DNA of 64,000 nucleotides from Candidatus Woesearchaeota archaeon. Lineage in GTDB: Archaea > Nanobdellota > Nanobdellia > Woesearchaeales > SKIA01. Location: NCBI GenBank assembly GCA_046704725.1, contig JBJKRI010000005.1, positions 160,001 to 224,000 on the forward strand. Reading direction: 5' to 3'. The position numbers and the translations under genes were made by a program. Positions 18,398 through 27,922 of this stretch are shown here, one piece after another. Numbering within the stretch: the first letter of the stretch is position 1; the number at the start of each line of letters is the position of its first letter. The notes below the pieces were generated by a model. It was given only the letters and a program-made list of their open reading frames with translations. It made no database searches and was not told the DNA's origin.

Positions 18398-19210
18398 ATG
18401 GCGTTCCAGAAGTACGTGGCTGCACTCGGGGTCATCGCGCTATCCGCGGGTGCGACCGTCTCAACCGTGCCGCAGCCTGATAGAGCTAACAGAGAACCTG
18501 TCCCGTACACGGCTCCGGCCCCCGCCGATTCCGGCGGACCCGTTCCTGAGATGCGTACCGCGAGCGATTCCTGACAGGCAATCTACGTGAACATCCTCAC
18601 ACGGGGAACACGCGCACGTTGCGATTCCATGGATTTCTCCTTCCGGGGCGTCAGCATCCCGAACATCAAGGGACTCATCGTCGCGGAGGCGCGAGATGAC
18701 TGGGGACGGCCGACGTTGGTACTCGGGTCCGAAGACAAGAAGAATCTCGTGCTCTACGCCGACAAGGGCGCCGACGGGGTGCCCGATGCCGTCGTGGTCT
18801 TGCGCGGCGGCCCGCGCGCCATCGGTCCATATATCAGGGCGCAATGCGCGCTCTTGCGTGGGGAGTATCTCAACGTGCCTGAAGTGGACGTCCCGGAGTG
18901 GATGGGGAGATACAAGATTGTCTATGCGGACCTACACGGAATGACCACGCTCGAGAGGAATCTCTTCGGCGCCATGTTCCGCGTCGCCTACAATAGCCTC
19001 GTCCTCCCGTCAGTGGACACAAAGACCCTCTCCGGCAAACCATTAAAACAGCGCGCGCCATCCAAGGGCCGTGGAACAGGGATTCATCCTCTATCCGACA
19101 TACCAGGCCACGGCGGACGGCGCGACCGTACAGCTCACCGGCCGACTGGAGAACGGCGCGACCTTCCGCGCGGACATCAAGCAAATCCCGTACTTCTTCA
19201 TCGCCGCTAG
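18398..19210 (+). pseudogene. Secreted hypothetical protein interrupted by in-frame TGA at 18572-18574
   Basis: Signal-peptide ORF 18398-18574 and ORF 18587-19210 share one frame, separated only by a TGA. Confidence 0.45.
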
Positions 19211-21380
19211 CGACGCTGAACGCGCGAAAGAGCTCACGGAGCTCGCGCTCGAGGAAACGAAACTCACGACGCTCGATGGAGCGCCCGTCAAGAAAGTCAC
19301 TGTCCGCATCCCCAAGGACGTGCCGCCGTTGCGAAAGCAGCTCGAGGACGGGGGGATCCCCTGCTACGAGGCGGACATCCGATTCTCGTACCGCTATCTC
19401 ATCGACAACGGACTGACGGCGAGCATCGGCATCGACGGTCAGTACGAGAAGGGCGTGCACGTGGACCGCATCTACAAAGAACCGAGGATCGTCCGGGGAG
19501 ACTGGAAAGGAGAACTGTCTGTACTGTCGTTCGACATCGAGACCGACAGGAAGAGCAAGGAGCTGTGGTGCGTGTCGCTCGTGTGCGGCAAGCGCACCGA
19601 ACGGCTCATCGTCGGGAAAGAAGTGAAGGACGCGACGAGTTGCAAGACAGAGAAGGAACTGCTCGAGCGGCTGACCGCGCTTGTGAAGGAGATCGACCCG
19701 GATATCATCACGGGATGGAACGTCATCGACTTCGACCTGCAGGTGCTCGAGAAGCTATACGCGAAGTACGGACTGCCGTTCGCGTGGGCGCGCTCGGACC
19801 GGCCGTGCAAGCTGCGCGTGCAGAAAAGCTATATGCGCGACAGCAGGGCGGACATCCCGGGACGCATGGTGCTCGACGGACTGTCGCTCTTGCGCACGAG
19901 CTTCATCAAGCTCGATTCGTACACCCTGGAGAGCGTCGCCGAAGAGGTATTGGGCGACGGGAAGATCTTCAAGGGGAAGGACCGGCACCGGGACATCCAA
20001 GCGGCGTACAAGGACGACCCCGCATTGCTGCTCGACTACAACGAGAAGGACGCGCGGCTCGTGCTGGACATCCTCGACAAGAGCGGGGCGCTCGCGCTCA
20101 CCATCAAGCGCTCCCTGCTGACAGGCATGCAGCTCGACCGCGTGAAAGCGAGCATCGCCTCACTTGACATGCTGTATTTGCCGCGACTGCGCAAGCGTGG
20201 CCATGTCGCGCCGACGAGCGGCTATGTCACCAAAGAGGAGCGCATCACCGGCGGCTTTGTCATGTCATCGAAACCAGGGGTGTTCGATTACGTCATCGTC
20301 TGCGACTTCAAGAGCCTGTACCCGAGCATCATGCGCACGCTCAATATCGATCCGCTCGCCTATCAGCCAGCGAAGAAGCAGGAGAAGAGCAGCGCGAAGT
20401 TCGTCGTCGCCGAGAATGGCGCCGTCTTCAGTCAGGAAGCGGGCATCCTGCCGGATATCCTCGCGGAGTTATGGGCGGAACGCGACAAGGCGCGCGCGGA
20501 AAAAGACGAATTGCGCCGGTACGCCATCAAGATACTGATGAACAGCTTCTTCGGGGTGCTCGCGAGCCCGAACTGCCGCTTCTTCTCGCTCGACATGGCC
20601 AACGCCATCACCAAGACCGGACAGCACCTCATCAAGACCACCGCAGAGCATATCCGGGAGCAGGGATACGAGGTCATCTACGGTGACACGGACAGCCTAT
20701 TTATAGACTTGAAGATAGATGATGAAAAACAAGCTTCCGAGATAGGGAAAACAATCGAGAAGGATGTCAATGCCTTCCTCAAGACATATGTCGAGGATCG
20801 CTACAAACGACCGTCATTCCTGGAGCTCGAGTACGAGAAGACCTACGTGCGCTTCCTCATGCCCAAGACGCGCAGCGGCGAGGGGAGCAAGAAGCGCTAC
20901 GCCGGACTGCTCGTCAAGGACGGCAAGGAGGACATCGACTTCACCGGATTGGAGTTCGTGCGACGCGATTGGACCGATCTTGCCAAGGACTTCCAGCTGG
21001 GGATATTGGACCGGGTCTTCCACAGGAGGGACCCTGCGCCGTTCATCCGCAGTTTCGTCGAGGAGGTGCGAGCGGGAAAGCACGATGACCTGCTCGTCTA
21101 CCGCAAGGCATTGCGCAAGAGCGTCGAGGAGTACACGAAGACCACGCCGCCGCACGTGAAGGCCGCGAAGCTCCTCGACGAGATACGCAGCAACATCATC
21201 GAGTACGTGCAGACCGTGGACGGTCCCGAGCCATTGGGAAAAGTGACGCACAGCATCGACTACGAGCACTATATCGACAAGCAGCTCAAGCCCATCGCGG
21301 ACAGCATCCTCGTGTTCTACAAGACGAGCTTCGCGGACGTGCTCTTAGGAACGACACAGAAAGGGCTGTTCGAATTCTAG
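19071..21380 (+). CDS. polB: Family B DNA polymerase, bacterial Pol II-like, with intact motifs
   Basis: SFDIET, GWNVIDFD, DFKSLYPSI, KILMNSFFG, YGDTDS, GSKKRYAG, PPHVKAA. Confidence 0.96.
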   Translation: MEQGFILYPTYQATADGATVQLTGRLENGATFRADIKQIPYFFIAASDAERAKELTELALEETKLTTLDGAPVKKVTVRIPKDVPPLRKQLEDGGIPCYEADIRFSYRYLIDNGLTASIGIDGQYEKGVHVDRIYKEPRIVRGDWKGELSVLSFDIETDRKSKELWCVSLVCGKRTERLIVGKEVKDATSCKTEKELLERLTALVKEIDPDIITGWNVIDFDLQVLEKLYAKYGLPFAWARSDRPCKLRVQKSYMRDSRADIPGRMVLDGLSLLRTSFIKLDSYTLESVAEEVLGDGKIFKGKDRHRDIQAAYKDDPALLLDYNEKDARLVLDILDKSGALALTIKRSLLTGMQLDRVKASIASLDMLYLPRLRKRGHVAPTSGYVTKEERITGGFVMSSKPGVFDYVIVCDFKSLYPSIMRTLNIDPLAYQPAKKQEKSSAKFVVAENGAVFSQEAGILPDILAELWAERDKARAEKDELRRYAIKILMNSFFGVLASPNCRFFSLDMANAITKTGQHLIKTTAEHIREQGYEVIYGDTDSLFIDLKIDDEKQASEIGKTIEKDVNAFLKTYVEDRYKRPSFLELEYEKTYVRFLMPKTRSGEGSKKRYAGLLVKDGKEDIDFTGLEFVRRDWTDLAKDFQLGILDRVFHRRDPAPFIRSFVEEVRAGKHDDLLVYRKALRKSVEEYTKTTPPHVKAAKLLDEIRSNIIEYVQTVDGPEPLGKVTHSIDYEHYIDKQLKPIADSILVFYKTSFADVLLGTTQKGLFEF

Positions 21381-21640
21381 ACGCCGAGGATGGCGAGCTG
21401 CTTGACGGGGACGTCGAGCAGGTCGCCGGTGTTCGTGTCGCGCTCCCAGAAACGCACATGGGAATCCTCGAGCATAAGCAGGAAGCGCGGGTTCTCGGGG
21501 GAATCGCCGATGCGGTTGAGCTCCAAGAGCAGGTCCTCATCCTGGCGCACGCCCAGTATCTCGTAGCGCTCGCCGTTGATGGCGAGCACGTCGTTGCGGT
21601 CGAGTTGGGCAAGGCGCGAACTAATCATGGGTAGGCGCAA
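21377..21640 (-). CDS. Hypothetical protein
   Basis: 87-aa ORF with host-like codons. Confidence 0.55.
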   Translation of the reverse strand: MRLPMISSRLAQLDRNDVLAINGERYEILGVRQDEDLLLELNRIGDSPENPRFLLMLEDSHVRFWERDTNTGDLLDVPVKQLAILGV

Positions 21641-21673
21641 GTGCTCATCGAATAAATACCCTATGCAAAAAGC

Positions 21674-21946
21674 TCAGATGCGCTCGAGAAAGCCCGCTGC
21701 GGGCTTTCGCACCATGTGGTCTCGTTCGAGCTCGTCGATGAGCTGCAATGCCTCACGCTCTGGGATTCCGTTCAAGGAGGCCTCGATGAGCACAGCCTCT
21801 GTCTGGGCGCGTTTCCTGCCGTTCTCGGTGAGGTCGTTGATGATATTGAGGATGTCGATCTTGCGGTCGACGCGCTGCTCCTGCATCAATCGCTGGCTCA
21901 TGGCCTGCTGGATGCGGAGAATCTCCTCGAAGTCTTCTCGTGCCAT
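21674..21946 (-). CDS. Small winged-helix protein resembling the MCM C-terminal WH domain
   Basis: ILNIINDL...EAVLIEA...GIPEREALQLIDELERDHMVRKPAAGFLERI. Confidence 0.65.
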   Translation of the reverse strand: MAREDFEEILRIQQAMSQRLMQEQRVDRKIDILNIINDLTENGRKRAQTEAVLIEASLNGIPEREALQLIDELERDHMVRKPAAGFLERI

Positions 21947-22070
21947 TCATAGAGACAGTCAGACTGCCTACCCCCAACACCAGTATACCTGAACGTATAT
22001 TTATATGGTTCGGTCCTCCCACCGTCCACGCGCCCGCAAGGCTTTTGAATTGCGTAGGGTCGGGATCCGT

Positions 22071-22820
22071 GTGCTGCAAAACACCTTCTGCCACCTGCCG
22101 CGTCTCGGAGAGACGAGCGAGCAGCGGCTGTGGAGCGCGGGCATCCTGACCTGGAAGGACTTCCTGGAGGCGCAGAGCGTGCCCCGCATCAGCGACGCGA
22201 AAAAACCCTGGTTCGATAGGCAGTTGCGCCTCGCGCAGAAAGCGGTGTTCGACGGGGACAGCGCGTTCTTCACGTGCCTTCCCTCCACGCAAGCGTGGCG
22301 CTTGTGGGAGGAGTTCGGGAATGAAGCGGCGTTCGTCGACATCGAGACGAACTACCGGCAGAACATCACCGTGCTCGGCATCGCCGACGCAGAAGGGAAC
22401 GTGTACCAATTCGTGCGCCACCACAACCTCGACGGAAGAGCGGTGCGCGACTTGTTGAGGCAATACAAGCTGCTCGTGACGTTCAACGGAGCGTCGTTCG
22501 ATCTGCCGATCATCCGCCAGTACTTCAACGGCGTGCTGCCCGACGTGCCGCACATCGACCTGCGCTGGGCCGCCCAGCGCGCCGGATACACAGGCGGGCT
22601 CAAACGCGTGGAGAAAGCGCTGGGCATCGGGCGCGACGAGGAGGTCGAAGGCGTGACCGGAGCGGACGCGTTGCAGCTGTGGGCCGCGTACCGTAACACG
22701 GGAAACGAGACCTTCAGGGACCTGCTCTTGGAGTACAACGCCGCCGATATCGTCAATCTCAAGCCGCTCGCGGATATCGTGTACGACAAGCTGCGAAAGC
22801 AATTGCTCGGCGCGCGCTGA
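22071..22820 (+). CDS. YprB-like RNase H-fold 3'-5' exonuclease
   Basis: LQNTFCHLPRLG, FVDIET, VTFNGASFDLP, HIDLR, GGLKRVEK, YNAAD. Confidence 0.9.
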   Translation: MLQNTFCHLPRLGETSEQRLWSAGILTWKDFLEAQSVPRISDAKKPWFDRQLRLAQKAVFDGDSAFFTCLPSTQAWRLWEEFGNEAAFVDIETNYRQNITVLGIADAEGNVYQFVRHHNLDGRAVRDLLRQYKLLVTFNGASFDLPIIRQYFNGVLPDVPHIDLRWAAQRAGYTGGLKRVEKALGIGRDEEVEGVTGADALQLWAAYRNTGNETFRDLLLEYNAADIVNLKPLADIVYDKLRKQLLGAR

Positions 22821-22868
22821 ACCGCAACGCGAGGAAATCCTTAAAAAGCGATTCGCCATAAGGAGCGC

Positions 22869-23180
22869 ATGCCGAAGAAGACCTCGAAGCGCCCGAAACG
22901 CAGTCCCGCGGCCGAGAAAGCGCGCGCGAAAGTGAACAGTGCGGCTCGCAAGGCACGCGCCGCCATCGACAAGGCGGATATCGCCGCGCAAAAAGCGCAG
23001 CGCCGAGCGAAATTCGCCAAGACGAAATCGCAGTACAAGGCGGGCGACGCGAAGGATAAGCTGACTGGAAAGGCCGAGCACGTCGAGGCGTGGATCAGGG
23101 AGCATCCAGGCAAAGCCATCGCTATCGCGGTGGGAGCCGCCTGGCTGCTCGGGAAGATCGCCGGCAGGAGGAAACACTGA
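22869..23180 (+). CDS. DUF883/ElaB/YqjD-like tail-anchored protein
   Basis: Lys/Ala-rich helix, then EAWIREHPGKAIAIAVGAAWLLG..RR. Confidence 0.75.
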   Translation: MPKKTSKRPKRSPAAEKARAKVNSAARKARAAIDKADIAAQKAQRRAKFAKTKSQYKAGDAKDKLTGKAEHVEAWIREHPGKAIAIAVGAAWLLGKIAGRRKH

Positions 23181-23461
23181 TGGGGACATTCTCCGACATA
23201 TTCAAGACGATAGGGACGTACTTCACCGGAGAGGCGCTGATGGACGTGGTGGACAACGTGCAGGACCGCGTCGAGCAGACCACACGCAAGGTCATCAAGA
23301 GCGCCGCGCTGTTCGTGCTGTTCGTGGTCGGGCTCTTGTTCGTGCTCATCGGCCTCTCGCAATGGGTGGAGACGAACTGGCACTTTGCGCACGGCGTCGG
23401 ACTATTGCTCGTGGGCGGTATCATCGTCTTCCTCGCTTTCGTCATCAAAGCCTTCCGATGA
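23180..23461 (+). CDS. YqjE/holin-superfamily-like two-TM protein
   Basis: TGATG-coupled to the DUF883 gene; amphipathic N-terminus plus two TM. Confidence 0.6.
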   Translation: MGTFSDIFKTIGTYFTGEALMDVVDNVQDRVEQTTRKVIKSAALFVLFVVGLLFVLIGLSQWVETNWHFAHGVGLLLVGGIIVFLAFVIKAFR

Positions 23462-23913
23462 AGACGATCTTTCAGGCGCTCACGCTCAATCCCGTCTGGC
23501 GCTACCAGCACCACGTGGACTACCTGCGAAAGCACATCGAGATAACAGACGACGAGGACAAGGAGAGCTTCACGCACATCTCATCGGCGTTTGACAAGAG
23601 CGCACGCGCCGTGCGCGCGTACCAACGCATACGCCTGGTCCTGTTCGTTCTCTTGTACCTGACAGCGGGAACGGCAATCGTGCAGAGCCTGTCCCCCGCG
23701 CTCGCGCAGGCGTTGCGACCGCTGCAATTGCTCGTCGCATGGTTCGGCGTGGGAGCGCTATCGGTATTGGTGCTCGTCTTCACCAAGCTCGTGAACGCCG
23801 CGCTCACGGACGTGGAGATCGCGCACACGCACCTGGTCGCGCTCGCCGTCAAGCACAGCGACTTCGTGGCACGGCCGAAGGTGCGCGCGGGACTGTACAC
23901 GCGCTACGGATGA
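23458..23913 (+). CDS. Hypothetical two-TM membrane protein
   Basis: ATGA-coupled; two hydrophobic segments. Confidence 0.7.
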   Translation: MKTIFQALTLNPVWRYQHHVDYLRKHIEITDDEDKESFTHISSAFDKSARAVRAYQRIRLVLFVLLYLTAGTAIVQSLSPALAQALRPLQLLVAWFGVGALSVLVLVFTKLVNAALTDVEIAHTHLVALAVKHSDFVARPKVRAGLYTRYG

Positions 23914-23953
23914 ACGGAACGTTTATATCCGTCGGATTTCGTTTCTCGCAGTA

Positions 23954-24511
23954 ATGAGCACCGCAGTCATCGTCGGCATCGTCGTGGTCCTTGCCATCAT
24001 CATCGCGTATATCATCACGATTTTCAACGGATTGATCACGCTCAAGAACAATATCAGCAAGAGCTCGGCGAACATCGACGTTTTGCTCAAGCAGCGCAAC
24101 GACGAGGTGCCGAACCTCGTGGCGACCGTCAAGGGCTATGCCAAGCACGAGAAAGAGGTGCTCGAGAACATCACGAAAGCGCGAACCGCGATGCTCCAAG
24201 CGTCGGGGATGGCGCAGAAAGCGGCGGCGAACGAGCAGCTCAGCGGCATGCTCAAATCATTGTTCGCGGTCGCGGAGAACTACCCGCAGCTCAAGGCGAA
24301 CGAGAACTTCCTCGCCCTGCAGAAACGCATCAGCCAGATCGAGGACATGATAGCGGACCGGCGTGAGTTCTACAACGACAGCGTGACCAACTACAACATC
24401 CGTATCAAGCAGTTCCCCGACGTGATCGTGGCGAACATGATGCACTCAAAGAAGCAACCGTTGTTCAAAGCGACCGAAGCGGAGCGGCAAGTTGTGAAGG
24501 TGGACGCGTGA
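23954..24511 (+). CDS. lemA: LemA family protein
   Basis: NIDVLLKQR.D.VPNLV.TVKGYAKHE, AVAENYPQLKANENF, RREFYND.V..YN..I.QFP. Confidence 0.95.
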   Translation: MSTAVIVGIVVVLAIIIAYIITIFNGLITLKNNISKSSANIDVLLKQRNDEVPNLVATVKGYAKHEKEVLENITKARTAMLQASGMAQKAAANEQLSGMLKSLFAVAENYPQLKANENFLALQKRISQIEDMIADRREFYNDSVTNYNIRIKQFPDVIVANMMHSKKQPLFKATEAERQVVKVDA

Positions 24512-25185
24512 CGCTCGCCGTCACCATCATCGTGCTACTCATCGGGGCGGTCTGCCTTCTCGTGGGGTTCTCGCAACTGCGCAAGCGGCGCGTGATACAG
24601 AACATCCCGACGAGCAAGATACGCAGTGCCGCGATGGGCCAGGTGGAGGTGAAGGGCACCGTCCACTCCAGCGAGACGTACACCGCACCGCTCAGCGGGG
24701 ATCCATGCGTATGGTATCGCCTGATCACCCGACAGTACTATCCCGACGGCAAGGGCGGAGGCACATGGAGGGAGACAGGACGCGAGGAGAAGGGTCGATA
24801 CCTGTATCTCCAGGACGAGACGGGAACTTGTCTGCTCGACCTCCAGGGCGCTGACATCGAGGTCGCCCTTCACAAGGACACGCAACCGCGCAACAACGGA
24901 CTGCAGATGGGCGTGATGGTGCATGTCGGCTCGAAGCGGATACGGAAAGAGGAGTACATCATCACAGAGGGAGAGCGGCTCTACACCCTCGCGAACGCCG
25001 CTCCCAACGAGGACGCCCAGACGAAAGAGGCCGCGCCGTTGCGGCTCGGGAAAGGGGCTGCGTTCTTCACGGTCAGCGACAAGTCGGAGAAGAAGCTCAC
25101 GCGGAACCTCCTCGTGTCGTCCCTCGTGTTCACGCTCATCGGAGCGGCACTGCTCATCTACGGCATAGTGACTGCGCTCGCATAA
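24508..25185 (+). CDS. GIDE/BAM domain membrane protein (no RING)
   Basis: TM, IQNIPTSKIRSAAMGQVEVKG, APLSGDPCVWY, YLQDETG, EYIITEGE, TM. Confidence 0.85.
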   Translation: MTLAVTIIVLLIGAVCLLVGFSQLRKRRVIQNIPTSKIRSAAMGQVEVKGTVHSSETYTAPLSGDPCVWYRLITRQYYPDGKGGGTWRETGREEKGRYLYLQDETGTCLLDLQGADIEVALHKDTQPRNNGLQMGVMVHVGSKRIRKEEYIITEGERLYTLANAAPNEDAQTKEAAPLRLGKGAAFFTVSDKSEKKLTRNLLVSSLVFTLIGAALLIYGIVTALA

Positions 25186-25269
25186 CCGCGGAAATCTTTA
25201 TGAAGGACCGGATACCTGTCCGATGATGCTTCATGCGGGCATCTGCCGTGCATCATCGAGGATAGGCCG

Positions 25270-25932
25270 ATGGATGTGATGCACGCGACATATTTTGTCA
25301 TCGGGGGAGCGATCTTCGTGCTGGGAGGATTCACGCGTCTGCGCAAGCGACGGCTCATGCAGGATCTGCCTGTGAGTACGATACGCGGAGCGGCGATGGG
25401 CCTTGTTCAGATACGCGGCACGGCGCATGCGGACACGCAACAGAAGGCCCCGCTGAGCAAGAAGAAGTGCGTCTGGTACCGTGTGGTCATTGAGGAAACG
25501 AATATTATCACTGGTGACTGGAAGCAAGTGGATACTGAGGAAAAAGGCGGTCGCTTGTTCCTGCACGACGAGACAGGAATATGCGTGCTCGACCCGTCCG
25601 GATCGAAGCTGGACCTGCCGCTATCAGGGAGGACAGACACTTCGCAAGAAGAATCGGATCCGAATGATATCAGCGTGCATAAGGACACGCGGAAAAGCGA
25701 GTACATCATCACCGATGGCCAGGAACTCTATGTGCTGGCGAACGCAAGGCCCAACGAGGACGAACGCACAAAAGAGAAAGCGCCATTGCTGTTGGGGAAG
25801 GGATCGACCTATTTCACGGTGAGCGACAAGCCAGGATCCAAGTCAGAGCGCAGACTCCTCTATCTGTCGGCTCTGTCCACCGCATTCGGAGCGGCCATCA
25901 TGATATGGGGGCTTGTGAGTCTCTTGTCGTAG
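25270..25932 (+). CDS. GIDE/BAM domain membrane protein, tandem paralog
   Basis: AAMGLVQIRG, APLSKKKCVWY, FLHDETG, EYIITDG; aligns throughout with the upstream gene. Confidence 0.85.
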   Translation: MDVMHATYFVIGGAIFVLGGFTRLRKRRLMQDLPVSTIRGAAMGLVQIRGTAHADTQQKAPLSKKKCVWYRVVIEETNIITGDWKQVDTEEKGGRLFLHDETGICVLDPSGSKLDLPLSGRTDTSQEESDPNDISVHKDTRKSEYIITDGQELYVLANARPNEDERTKEKAPLLLGKGSTYFTVSDKPGSKSERRLLYLSALSTAFGAAIMIWGLVSLLS

Positions 25933-25971
25933 CTGCATAACTCTTATGTACGAACCGGGGTTCGCCCATCC

Positions 25972-26691
25972 ATGCCGACCATCCAGCCGTACATGTCCGA
26001 TGCTTACACCAAGGAGTTCGACGCGACCGTCACGTCCGTCAAGGACGGCAAGTTCGTCACGCTCTCCACCACCTATTTCTATCCCTCGAGCGGCGGCCAG
26101 CCGCACGACACCGGAGTCCTGCGCACGAAGGACGGAAAGGAGGTGAAGGTCATCTACGCCGGCTTCTTCGACGGCACCGTCAGCCACCAGGTCGAGCCCG
26201 AAGACGTGCTGAAAGAGGGCGACGAGGTGCACGGCGTCATCGACTGGGAACGGCGCTACAAGCACATGCGCATGCACACGGCAGCGCACCTGGTGAGCTA
26301 TGTCTTCGAGCACGAGAAGGGCGCGAAGGTGACGGGCAACCAGATAGGCGAGGACAAGACGCGCATCGACTACCAGCTCGACGATTACAATCCCGAGGAG
26401 CTGCGCGGTTTCGAGGACAAGGTCAACGAACTCATCGCGCGCGACCTGCCGGTGTCGGCGGAAGTGCTTCCGCGTGCCGAAGCGGAGGAGAAGCTCGAGC
26501 GATTGACAACGCTCGCCATGGGCTTTCCCGAAGAGATCACAGAGGTACGATTGCTCTCCATCGGCGATGTCGACGTGCAGGCCGACGGCGGGACGCATGT
26601 CAAGAGCACGAAAGAGATCGGGAAGGTGCGTTTCCTCAAGTTCGACAACAAGGGAAAGAACAATCGCAGGGTCTACTTCACGCTAGAGTGA
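25972..26691 (+). CDS. alaX: Alanyl-tRNA editing protein AlaX-M
   Basis: FYPSSGGQPHDTG, HMRMHTAAH, ADGGTHV. Confidence 0.93.
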   Translation: MPTIQPYMSDAYTKEFDATVTSVKDGKFVTLSTTYFYPSSGGQPHDTGVLRTKDGKEVKVIYAGFFDGTVSHQVEPEDVLKEGDEVHGVIDWERRYKHMRMHTAAHLVSYVFEHEKGAKVTGNQIGEDKTRIDYQLDDYNPEELRGFEDKVNELIARDLPVSAEVLPRAEAEEKLERLTTLAMGFPEEITEVRLLSIGDVDVQADGGTHVKSTKEIGKVRFLKFDNKGKNNRRVYFTLE

Positions 26692-26715
26692 TCGCCTCGC
26701 CGCATGAGCAACACC

Positions 26716-27060
26716 CTACAATGCTCTTCTTTCCGCAGGGTCGCGCACCCGATACCACGGACCGGGGTCTTCGGCGTCATCGAAGACACGCATGCCCTCC
26801 GGCCGCTCGGGAAGCACATCGACGAGCCCTTCGCGCTCCCACGCCCCAATTCGACGAGGCAATGAGCGCCTGACGCTCCTGAAACCATCATCATCCCTCG
26901 GGGACGCGGCCGTCCGGGTCAAAACGTCGAGGAACGCGTTATGGCCATACGCCACCCGGATGCCCAATGACCGCTCCCAGAGCCGCTGATCATGCAGAGC
27001 CCCTACTATGTACACGTCACCCACCTCAACCATACAGCCGTGCATGTCGCGCACAATCAT
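26716..27060 (-). CDS. Hypothetical protein
   Basis: 3' part of a long minus-strand ORF; start uncertain. Confidence 0.4.
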   Translation of the reverse strand: MIVRDMHGCMVEVGDVYIVGALHDQRLWERSLGIRVAYGHNAFLDVLTRTAASPRDDDGFRSVRRSLPRRIGAWEREGLVDVLPERPEGMRVFDDAEDPGPWYRVRDPAERRAL

Positions 27061-27210
27061 ATGTCTTGTGGAGAATTCCGCACTGCACGAAAGGAGCCTC
27101 CCTTTCGCCGGAACCGAAAGTATCAGTGAAGCGTACACTCGTCTACGATGCTCAGCAAAACCAAGCCATACCCTTATAAGCGATTCCGCACATTTTGTTA
27201 TCAGGGGGAA

Positions 27211-27354
27211 ATGGCAGGCGACCAGGAATCCGCAAGACACACGATCGACGTGTACACGCAGCAGGGGGGCTGCGTCGTGCACCGTCAGGTCGAATACCGG
27301 GACGGGCGCCTGTTCATGCGCGTGCAAAAGCGCAGCGTGCTCGACCTCATCTGA
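27211..27354 (+). CDS. Small hypothetical protein (47 aa)
   Basis: ccttataag TATA and AGGGGG before ATG. Confidence 0.5.
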   Translation: MAGDQESARHTIDVYTQQGGCVVHRQVEYRDGRLFMRVQKRSVLDLI

Positions 27355-27393
27355 GGACGAAAGCTTAATCAACGCGGTCCGCTGGGATATCAT

Positions 27394-27696
27394 ATGCGCG
27401 CCGCATTCCTCGCTGTCATCGGCTTTCTCCTGCTCGCTGGATGCGTCTCGAACATCTGCCCGCAACAGCTCAATCTCACGAATCCCATCCCATACAATAT
27501 GCAGCCGTCGATGATGGGGATGACGAAGGTCTACGACCAGTCCATCAGCGTGAAAGGAGAGGTCTACCTGCTCCAGGTCTGGTCCGAGGGCAACGGCACG
27601 TACTACGTGCGTTACGAGCCAGAGAACTTCGGGGGACGCACCCTCTACGGACCGTTCATCGGTAACGCGACCACCGATATCCAGTGCCATGGCTGA
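27394..27696 (+). CDS. Putative lipoprotein
   Basis: MRAAFLAVIGFLLLAG|C lipobox. Confidence 0.7.
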   Translation: MRAAFLAVIGFLLLAGCVSNICPQQLNLTNPIPYNMQPSMMGMTKVYDQSISVKGEVYLLQVWSEGNGTYYVRYEPENFGGRTLYGPFIGNATTDIQCHG

Positions 27697-27865
27697 ATTC
27701 GAGAAGCCCCGGATGCGCTGGAACACGGGCACGATGCAGTACGAGCCCGTCATCGAGAGCGAAGGAGACGAAAAACCGCCGCAGAAGGGAATGGGCTGGT
27801 ACGTCGTGGCGATCATCATCCTCTTGCTGGTACTGCTTGTCCTCGTGCTCCTAACACACATATGA
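27689..27865 (+). CDS. Small tail-anchored membrane protein (58 aa)
   Basis: Overlaps the upstream stop; C-terminal WYVVAIIILLLVLLVLVLL. Confidence 0.6.
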   Translation: MAEFEKPRMRWNTGTMQYEPVIESEGDEKPPQKGMGWYVVAIIILLLVLLVLVLLTHI

Positions 27866-27922
27866 CCACTTATAAGTGGTTAAAATAGGAAATATTTTAA
27901 ACTCCGACACCCCCTACAACAC

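Noticed and set aside
18572-18574. Selenocysteine or genome-wide TGA recoding
   Set aside because: TGA terminates many conserved genes here (map, trmI, alaX), and there is no redox motif context
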